58,581 bases of DNA from Catajapyx aquilonaris (taxonomy: Eukaryota): positions 1 to 58,581 of the forward strand of contig JYFJ02002351.1 of the NCBI GenBank assembly GCA_000934665.2, read 5' to 3'. The number at the start of each line of letters is the position of its first letter. Positions within the stretch are counted from its first letter, which is position 1. Positions 12,415-22,257 of the stretch are shown here, piece by piece. A program made the translations under genes and the position numbers. The notes beneath the pieces are model-generated. The model ran no database searches. It was not told the DNA's origin and worked only from the letters and a program-made list of their open reading frames with translations.

Positions 12415-15400
12415 TCACAGGTTTGATCTTGAGCCCTGAGAAAGAAGAGAGTTCAGATTAACATTAGACATGTCAGGGTAGGTTTTGCCAAACTGGTGTA
12501 TATTTTATGATAGTTTTATCGTCATTATTAATTGCTTTAAAATGCTAAGCCAGATAGATATGCTACCTGTAAATCGTACAGCTGGAGCGGTGAAATGAAA
12601 CCTGAAGAGTTATACTCCTTTCATAAGATTATACATCAGACATCACTACAGTATCTGTACTGATGAAAAAATAGCTCAACAAAAAAACAGAGAAATGGGT
12701 CATAATACAACCATAATTCCTATAAGTACTGCTCTGTTTAGCGTCAGCAGATCTGAGACATACACGTGAGCTACTTAACACATGACGTACTTCTTTAGTT
12801 TCAGTAACTTGTATTGGAAAATATGATATATTTCTCAAGAGGGCGACACTCAACTGTTCATGTTACTGCCTGTGCTAAAATGCCATTCTTGTCTCCTTCA
12901 AAATGTAAATCAAGTTTCCCATGCGTACGGCTGCACTTATTGGATCTCTTCCTGAACTGTTTTTGTCTTTCTTTCAGGGCCCCAATATATTTTTAGTGGC
13001 AGGTGTTCATAATGAATGATGCAAGATGAAAAAGAGAAACTCAGTGTCATCCTAGCTATTGTCATTGTGGAATACCACATCAGATGTTTACATTTTTGCC
13101 ATTTTTCCAATTTAAAATCACTACAGTGGATTCCAGGAACCTCATAAAATCATTATTTTAATTCTTATGGGTATGGTAAAAGGGCATTATATTATTATTT
13201 TTTCAGCTTACCTGATTTAAGTCAATGTAACCTCCACTGAGCACGACTTGGTTGATTGGCTCAGCTGTCACCCTGAAGTGCACCCTGCCTCTCCCTCTGT
13301 TCTCCCACATGTCCACTCGAAGTGTATCACCCGGATAGACTGGTTTTGCAAAACGGGCTTTGACTGCTTTGATTTTCTCAACTTCATTTCCAGCATAGTT
13401 TTTCAGGACAGCCCTCAGTGCTATTCCATAAGTGCAAAGACCATGGAGGATAGGACGCTTAAAGCCTCCCATTAAAGCGAAATCTGGATTTATATGCAAG
13501 GGGTTGAAGTCACCAGACATGCGATACAGGGCAGCTTGGTCCACGGATGTGGTGTATGAGGCTGTCTTGTCTGGGTTACGTGAAGGAGGATCTTCTGGCT
13601 GAATGGCCCCAGATGTAGTGCGTCTCCCACCAAAGCCACCACTTCCAACAGAGAACACCCCAAACTGGTTACGCATCACCTTGCGCCCTGCCTCGTCATA
13701 AGTGTCCACTGTCAAGTAGAAAACAATTTTTTGCAAATAATTTGATAAAGAAATTAGTAAATCGTAAATGATAATGTTCACTTCATCTTACATTACAAGA
13801 AGCTCCAGTTACAAGTAAAATAAGTTGGCATCATTATATTCATCAATAAAATTACCTCAATGGTTAATTTTTATTGGCATCATGTATTCTACAGGGTGAT
13901 TCTCTCGAATGGAAACCCAAACATTGCTCAATAACTTTTTAGCTATGGTATGGTTCCCGATGAAAATTAACATATTATAGTTACCTTGTATCATGCCTAA
14001 CAAGGTCTGACTAAAGAATATACCAAAAGTGGTCCCCTCCAGCATCCAAGAATTTTTAAATCCGAGTCTGCACATTGCCGAAGATTCCTGCAGATTGGCA
14101 GCCGGGATGACCTCCATCCCCCGCCACCGCGTGCCAGTGAAAGTGAAAGTCACTTTTAGTCATCCTGCTGTGGGCTCTGATTGGTCCACTATTCCGTTTC
14201 GCTCGTTTCGTATGCCACCGTCAGCTAGTGATGGTAGCTGACGGCGCGCGGTGGCGGGAGATTGATGCCATTCCCGCCGCCACATCTGCAGGAGTCTTCG
14301 GCAATATGCAGACTTGGATTTAAAAATTCTTGGATGCTGGAGTGGACCACTTTTGGTATATTCTTTAGTCAGACCTTGTTTGGCATGATACAAGGTAAGT
14401 ACATGTCAATTTTCATCGGGAACCATACCATAGTTCAAAAGTTATTGAGGAATGTTTGGGTTTCCATTCGAGAGAATCACCCTGTACAAAAGAGTGTAGA
14501 GTACTTTTTCCAGGTATAGGCCATATTTTCGGCGCTACAGCGACTTGAACCAAGCCGAGGCCATGCCGAACACGTGCAGGCTAGCACGTGTGCAGCGTGT
14601 CCTCGGCTCGGTTTATTTACGAACGATGCTATTGGACCCGGTCCTGCCGTTCGCATGCAGGCTAGGGTTGAAGTCGCAGTAGCTCCGAAAATCCGGCCTG
14701 CATGTGGAAAAGGTACTCTATACTCTTTCGTAGAATACATGTTTCTCTACAACCTTAGTTTGACACATTTCCTCCTGAGAAGCATAGTTAGCTCAGAAAA
14801 GACTTCTAACTCGCTTCAAGGTAGCCAACCTGCAATTACGGGCCTCCAGGGTGAAAACGGCCATGGCAATTGGGAAAGTATGGTCTCAGGGACATTCCCA
14901 CCAAATTTTACCAAGTGCATGGTTTACTCTTTTTTCGTCGCTTAATTGGGTTCAAGCTTGGTTCAAGTCTCTGCAGCTCCGAAAATATGGACTGTACGTG
15001 GAAAAGGTACTATATACTTTTTGTAGGATACATATTTCTCTACCACATTTGTTTGGTACCTATCCGCATGAGCAGCACAGTTCGGTCCGAAAATGACTCT
15101 TCACTCATTTCAGGGTAGCCAACCCGCCTCCGGGACAAATACGGCCATGGCGCCATATCTGCATTTGAAGAGCATGGTCTCAAGGACATTCGTACCAAAT
15201 TCCATCCTTTCATCACCAAATGCACAGTTGACTCATTTTTCGTCCCTTAACGTCCTGAGACTTCTGCCTTCTTTTTTTTATTTTTAAAATATTTTTTTTG
15301 ACAGCACCCCATTCTCAGGCCTTGGGCCCTTCTTATGGGAGTGGAATATCACTATTTTTGGAAACATATAGTGTATATATGTTAATTGTTCCAAGGGTAG

Positions 15401-18400
15401 GTAGGAGCGGATGTGCACAGTGCAATGTCGCATATTGCCGATATTGGTCATTTTGTGAACTCCCCCGGGTGGATTAGTCTAGCGGAAATTTCCACCTGAG
15501 ACGAAGCCAGAGATGGCCCAACTCTGGACGAGATAAAGGGGGGAACCGGGCTGGGATCGAACCCGGGACGTTAACATCCGTGGGCGCATGCGTTAGCAGA
15601 GCACCAGTCCGCCTCCCCGCGACTCCTGACTATTATTATTAGTGTAACCCTTGTTGCCTGTTAACATGAGTCAAACTGATATTACCAACTGAATGCATAT
15701 TTGCATTATTCCATACTCACCATCAATAATTGCAAGAGCACCGGATCCCTTATCAAGCACATCTACCAATGAAACCTGGGAATGCAGAGTGTCCGAGGGC
15801 TTCAGCGGCTGGAAGAATTCAATGTAGTGTTCCCCATGCAGGATAGTGCTGAGGTCAAATTCCAAGCCAGGCCACCCTCCTAGCATGAGGTTGGTGGACA
15901 TCATGGCATGCTGAGCTGGAACTATCCCAAAAGTAGGGATGATGGAGAAATGCTCATCTCCTTCAAACAAGAATTTCAGATAGTCAGGTTCAAGGGTGGA
16001 CACTCCAAGGCCAAGGGCATATATAATTGCTTCTTTAGGTTCATACGAGAAGGTGCTTCGAGGAGGCTTGTACGTAAGGGCTTGACTCTGTTAAAGGAAA
16101 TAAAGAGAATGTTTATTTTATTCCTATTTATTTATTCATTCCCCGTTCATTCCTATCCCTTAAAAGTTGTGTTAATCTTTGCAAAAGTATATCTAAGCAC
16201 ACTCACCACGTTAAGCCCATCTGAGGCTGATGCTTCCCTCGTGCCTATTTTTCCTGTCCCAGCCTTCATCTCCTCCAGGGTCATCAAAAATGAGCCTGTC
16301 ACCTCCTGAATTGAACTGGGTGGAGTTGCTCCTTCCATGTCTGTTGCTTTGTCCCACTTGGCCTGGACATCTTCCAGCGTAGGTACCTTCAGCAGGTCCC
16401 CCCTCAAGGCCACTCCGCCTCCCCTGTACCACTGGTACCTCCCCACCCAGCCTGCTGCGGACTCTATCACGCATCCAGAGTCAGAGCATGACTCGTGGCA
16501 CATCCAGCAAACCACAGGGGCAATCAGCTCAGGCTTCAGCTGCTCCAACAGATCTGGTGGCATTATGTCTTCAGTAAGACGTGAGGCAGCCATGGGGACA
16601 ATTACGTTGCAGTGGATGTCGTACTTGCGTCCTTCAATTGCCAAAGTGTTAGCCAGACCAATCAGGGCCATCTTGGCAGCACTGAAACAAACAGTTAAAA
16701 TAAATTCATTCAATTGGGAAAATAAATTCATGATCTCATAAAGGGCATTTCCACGCAAACACGGACATGGCATCGCAAATTTCAACCCCATAAAATCAAC
16801 CGGAAAGAAACAGGCATTGGAAGGAGAAGGTTCCATGGTTCTGTTTCTCATGGGATTGTGAAATACAATGTCCCGCTAGGCCAGTGGAGACAGTCGAAAA
16901 TGAAGGAAATGTGGAAGCCACGAAAGTTGAGATGGCACATCATATTCAGGCTTATTATTCGACGTTGTTACGCAAGTTGAGTCCGTGGGCCTTGTTACAC
17001 GTCCTTGTGGAGGCCCCAAGGAATGACTGTGCATGCAATTCTTGTAATCTGCAATCAATGTCAATGAGTAATATTGGCACAAACCTGACACGTTTCAGTG
17101 TCCATTCGTTATGGTGAAACATGAATCTGATCATGTGGGGAAACATACGTGCATATGGCAGTTGTATCTTCTCGAATTCAAAGTAAGTCAGTGAGCCGGA
17201 CATTTTCGATCAAATGCATCATCCCTCTCAAATGACTGGAAACATCATTTCTCCGCCGTAACGAACGGATGTCCCATGTAGTGAGGCGCACTTGAGCAGG
17301 CAAACTACTGCTCTGCAGGGTGTGCAGGAATATTTTTATGCACACACATTTACCAGGTGACACAATTGGACATGTAAGTACCAGTTATGAGACCTCCATC
17401 CTACAGTCACTACAGAGCAGTTCCACGAAAAGGTCTTTCCTACATAAATGTGCAAAAACCGAAGTAGTAAGGAAAAATCATGTTAACATAAATTAACATG
17501 ATTAATTCGGAACTAGATAGCTATTGCGTATGATATGCACCTAATTTCCTGCCACTGTATCATTCTCTACATTGGGAAAGTGATACATGTGCAAAAATTA
17601 TGCAGGATACATACCGTGTGCTTCAGAATGAACATGACATAGTGTCATGTACTAAACCTAGGTTCAATGTCTCATTCGCATTGGATGAAACAATGCCGCG
17701 TACCTGCTGGTCACCTTCACGGGGACTTCAAATTATACAGGGCAGAGAGGAACGGGATGGAATGGGAAAGGTAGCGTTCATTCACCTAATTTCTGCATCA
17801 CGATTGGGATTTGAAACATTCAAGTGCTGTCAGCTTGCAGGAGTGTCGATACAATTTCACCTGATACAAATGAGAGTCTCGAATAATTTGGCATCAGATG
17901 ATTTTGAGAAGTGTTCTTGACAAAGAAAGATAGAGTCGTATGTCCAGCAAATTCCTTAAAGTGACTGAAATTTTCTGTATGTGGGTAACTGTCCTTAAGT
18001 CATTGTGAAATAAATTAGTGTCTTCAGAAGTCGGGCTATGAACTTGAAGTTGCCTTCATGACAACAGCATCAAGCTCAATTAGGTTTAAACACAGCCTTT
18101 CTCCACATAAGGTATTTTATTTTCCCTTTCCCAGTCACTCTACAAAAGTTTGCGTTCTGTTGTCATGCACATCGCCATAAAGTAATAATTTAAAAAAAAT
18201 AATAATTCATACCCCGTTATCAGCCATCGGCTCTTTAGAGGGGAAGTTTGTTTTGGCTGCAACTCTTTGCTTTTCATTTTACTGTGCTCTTTGGGATAGG
18301 ATAGGGACGGAAGGAAGCGGCTGTGGCCTATTAATTACGGAAACAACTCCGGAATTTCCCTGGAAGGACCGTGGGAAACCACAGAAAACCACGATAAGAA

Positions 18401-21079
18401 TTGCCGGCCCCGGGATTCGAACCCTGGACCTCCCGATTAGCAGTCGGACGACTTATCCACTATGCCAACCTGCTTCGGTCCACATCGCCATGAAGTAGTA
18501 GTATCCTTGCTGCTGTGTGTATTTATCCCTTTTTTCCAAATAAAAAGAGCTTCACAACTGTCGGTGGCGTACGATGTCCATTCGTTACAATCTGTCCGTT
18601 CGTTACGGCAGCATGGAGAGATCGGCACTGGTGTTGCCATTTTATGAAAATTCGAAGATCATTACGATTTCTCTTCCTTCATTACTTCTCTTGCCAACGT
18701 CGCAAGAAATGGACGTTTCTGACCTTGGAGCTCGCAGATTTTGACATTGTTGGCATGAAGGTGGATTTTCATGTCTCGGATGTGTCAGTTCGTTACGCAG
18801 GTTTTGGAGACGTGTACAATGGTATGTTATCATAACGAAATGCATGCACTGCATGAAATGGATTCAGCATAGCCACATTCTCATGCAGTATACTGCCATT
18901 TTCCTTGACAGTCTATTTATCCTCTCTGCGAACATTTTCATTGGGGAAATAGCGTAAGACTGTCCGTTCGTTACCTGTGGAAATGCCCTAAACCAGTTTC
19001 AAAGCAGGAAGTCAGGCCACAATTTTCATGCAATCATCTCCTAAACCATTTCAAACATACACAAGCAATTTTACCTATAGTTGGCTTGCCCAAAGTTTCC
19101 AAAAACACCAGCTGCTGATGAAGTCATAATTATTCGCCCATACTCTTGCTTCCTGAAGTGAGGCCAAGCAGCCTGAGTTGTTCGGAAGGCTCCCTTCAGG
19201 TGGACCTGTTGGATCAAATCTGAAAAATAATTGATTGCACATGTTCTCAGAATATGATGCAAAAACACTAAAAAAATAATGTCACTTGGTGTAAACTACA
19301 GGCTGCGTGTTTGTTCTCAAAGTACTACCTCGTAACAGCTGCCTACTGTTCTTAATGACCTTTAATGTTTAAACATCCTCTGTTTATGTTACAATAAAAA
19401 GTGACTAAGGAAGCACTTAAGAAAGTATGACATTAATGATTAACGGCATTAATGCAGTCTACGTAAGCAGTCTTCAATTGGTGTTCAAGGAACCTTTGGT
19501 TTCTGCAAGCCTGCTCAAAGGGTTAGCTAAAAAAAATATTCAGTAGGTGTGATACAGTAGTTAGATAAACATTATGACATAGACAGGATAAGTCTGTTAT
19601 TCAGATGCCAGAAAATACGGAAATTGGTCCAGATATGAGTAATTAATTAAAGGAAAGAACTAAACAGTAATTGCAGGTCTTAATCATTGGGCATAATTGA
19701 ACAATATTGTAACGGGTCATGGGAGTGTGTGCAAAGCAAATCAGTTTATAATATATTTATGGTGCAAGGAAGTTCCTGCAACTCACCCCAGTCAGAATCA
19801 CTGATTCGGGCGAAGGAACGATCTCGGAGGATCCCAGCATTGTTGACAAGGATGTCCACTCGACCAAATGATCTGATGGCAGTCTCAATAATCTTCTCAC
19901 CATTTTCAACCGAGTTGTAATCTGCTACAGCTTTTCCACCTAAAGTGTTAAGATAACACAATTCATGAATGAATAATAAGTAATTATTGTAAACAATAAT
20001 GTACACACAAATAGAAACACTCTCTTGCCTGTAACCACTGTGTATAAAAGAATGACCAGCCTTCCAAAGAAATTGAAATAATACTGCAAAACCCATGTAA
20101 TGATATTTCTTCATTTCCTGAAAATTTTTCATAATAGACAAGCTTCTGCTATATGGAACATTTTCATACATTTATTGTCACATGTTGACCTTCTCTTTTT
20201 CAAGGTGCAATAGCACAGCCATTTTTTTTGCACACACACACACACACATACCGAAACCATTTTATCACACAGTCAAGCACATATCAGTCAAGTAGTGGCC
20301 TCCATTATCGCAGAGCTCTGATAACTGCACTTAAGTCAGAGTCCACTCTCATCCTCACTCAATGACCTCTTTACAAGTTGACCTCCAAGTTCAACTCTTT
20401 GCTTAAAAAATCAAATCACCCCTGTTATACCACATCATAATAATTATACGTGTGACATTTTCATAAATACATAGCATACATCACAGTCTCTCAAGGACAC
20501 AAATGGACGCTATCAGTACTTGATCTGGATACTGTGTTCTCTATGTTAGGTAGCAGGACTGAGTAATAGCAAGAGCTAATAACTGTTATTAGCTCTTGGT
20601 AATAGCTTGATTTTGCATCTTGTGAAGAATACAAGTCACTCAGGTGTTTCGCAATAGTAATGCAAAAACTGAAAACAGGATGAGGAAGCTCCTGATGATT
20701 TGCACTATTTAAAAACACCGACTAGTTGCACAGATCCCCTTCTAACCCACTTCTTCTGACCACACTTCCTCACATGCTCATGTGAACCCACCTTTGGCTT
20801 TGATTTCATTAACGACGGTGTCTGCCGCCCTGTTGCTGCTTCCTTCCCCTGACCTGGACCCTCCGAGGTCATTGACAACCACGCTGGCACCTCGCTCAGC
20901 AAACAGCAGTGCATACGCCTTGCCCAGTCCTGTAATAATTGAGCATGCAATTAGGATGCAGGCAACCGATTCCTCCAGCTTTGTTCCAATATAAATGAGT
21001 GCGATGCAGCACCTGCTCCAGCTCCAGTGACCACTGCGACCCTCCCGTCGAACCTGAGCTTGTTCCCTCTTGCAGCCAT
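12415..21079 (-). CDS. HSD17B4: Peroxisomal multifunctional enzyme type 2 paralogue A (3R-hydroxyacyl-CoA dehydrogenase + enoyl-CoA hydratase 2, no SCP2), 620 aa, 8 exons
   Basis: Exons 21079-21013, 20929-20792, 19939-19787, 19219-19075, 16681-16207, 16087-15721, 13708-13212, 12435-12415 (1863 nt). [47 protein letters not shown]-terminal GSRSNL* (PTS1-like); AATAAA (-) at 12281-12276. Confidence 0.93.
13892..14484. mobile_element. Tc1/mariner-type MITE, near-palindromic with >200-bp TIRs
   Basis: TA|CAGGGTGATTCTCTCGAATGGAAACCCAAACATT ... AATGTTTGGGTTTCCATTCGAGAGAATCACCCTG|TA. The ORF track shows mirror-image peptides (13857..14153 - and 14262..14519 +). Confidence 0.9.
14487..15250. repeat. 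Diverged ~295-bp tandem repeat (2 units) plus a partial inverted unit, probably a TE remnant
   Basis: 'gctccgaaaat..gtggaaaaggtact', 'ggtagccaacc' and 'atggtctca.ggacatt' each recur ~295 bp apart; an inverted copy lies at ~14487-14556. Confidence 0.65.
15400..15618 (-). mobile_element. tRNA-derived SINE (same family as 2276 and 30081), diverged and 3'-truncated
   Basis: The reverse complement reads GGGGAGGCGGACTGGTGCT...CCCACGGATGTTAACGTCCCGGGTTCGATCCCAGCCCGG and continues to 'gacattgcactgtgcac'. Confidence 0.85.
16743..18988. mobile_element. Decayed DNA transposon, possibly Sola-like, filling intron 4 of Mfe2 copy A
   Basis: 12-bp TIR GGGCATTTCCAC / GTGGAAATGCCC with TAAA on both flanks. 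Fragmentary + strand peptides [11 protein letters not shown] and PSYSHYR (~17315-17420) resemble Sola transposase motifs; the superfamily call is inference. Confidence 0.65.
18240..18480 (-). mobile_element. Second tRNA-derived SINE family, nested in the transposon
   Basis: The minus strand has a tRNA-like head TTGGCATAGTGG...GGTTCGAATCCC followed by a body 'gtggttttctgtggtttccc...ccaggg...taggccacagccgcttccttcc'. Confidence 0.7.
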
Positions 21080-22257
21080 GGTCCTGGCTACCAAGCTGGT
21101 CACCCTAAGCCCCGCAGGTATTATCCTGGACACGTCTAGTTGGACACTGGGCAGGAAGACTCGAGCAGAGAGAGACGAGGAGAGAGAAGACTTCTCTTCT
21201 TGTGTTCCACTTGTTCCTGCAATCTCATCGAAAGATGGAGAGGCAGGAAGTAGCGCAGCTGTTTCTAGACAGTAAGCGGCTACTCGCTTCATTTAGCTAC
21301 AGACGGCGGCGCGAGGTTTTGAAATGTGCATTGATCAATTATTAATTATATTTAACGGTTCATGAAAAATTGATATCTGGATACATCTTTACCAAATTGA
21401 GTTTTTATTTTTTGGGGGGGACATGAGAAACAGATGTAGGCCTGCCGGAGTTAAAATTGCTGCAGTATGACTTGGGCGATTACTAACAGGAATAATTTAC
21501 AATCACTGCGCTTGTGCATAAGCTCTTATTTGAGCAATTCTGACACCAAGATATACGGACCGTCAGTTGCATGGGCATAATATCAGACTCTGGTAGTAAA
21601 CAATTCGGTGCGAGGTGCTTACCTTTTTCTTTTAGATGCATGTGACTTTGATTCTTGCTTTCATTCCAATGCACAGTATAAATCGGCGTTAAAATAAATG
21701 TGGACTTACATCATCCTGAAAATGAAATTATTTTCGACTAATATTTGAGCCCATGTGCCAATACATCTCCAAAATCACTGCTTTCAAAAATCCTGCAAAC
21801 ATTTTAAAAAATAGTACAAAAATGGGACGCGTTAGAATAATGATACTCTTCATAATGGACACATTATAATTTAACAACAGTTGACAATATGAACGTGAGG
21901 ACGATCATGGCTACATCGACACATCATATAACCACGTCATCAACCTACTTGAAATAGATATTACAAGTGGAACGGAAGGAAACAACAAACAGCAAGTATA
22001 GAAACAACCGGAGAGCTACACGATCGTACACATCCTCGGACACCGTAAAGAAAATGAAATCACGTAATTAATGTGTCCCAATTTCCCAGGCCAATTGAGC
22101 AACCTCTGTCCGCACTGGGGCCCCGCACTTTGAACAATGAAGTATCGCACTATCCGAATATATAATTATTTTTGTTAAAACGCTCTATTACCACACTTAT
22201 TGCACACGCATTCGGAGTCCAGACTCTGAGTTGAATGGGCCTGCCTGTAATGATCAG

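Noticed and set aside
12567..12660. Possible C/D snoRNA or 35-nt extra exon in the last Mfe2-A intron
   Set aside because: No convincing box C/D pair with a terminal stem; the exon would shift the frame and lose the SNL end.
11950..13200. SCP2 sterol-carrier domain exons of HSD17B4
   Set aside because: No SCP2-like coding sequence was seen; the microexon stop and AATAAA close the gene.
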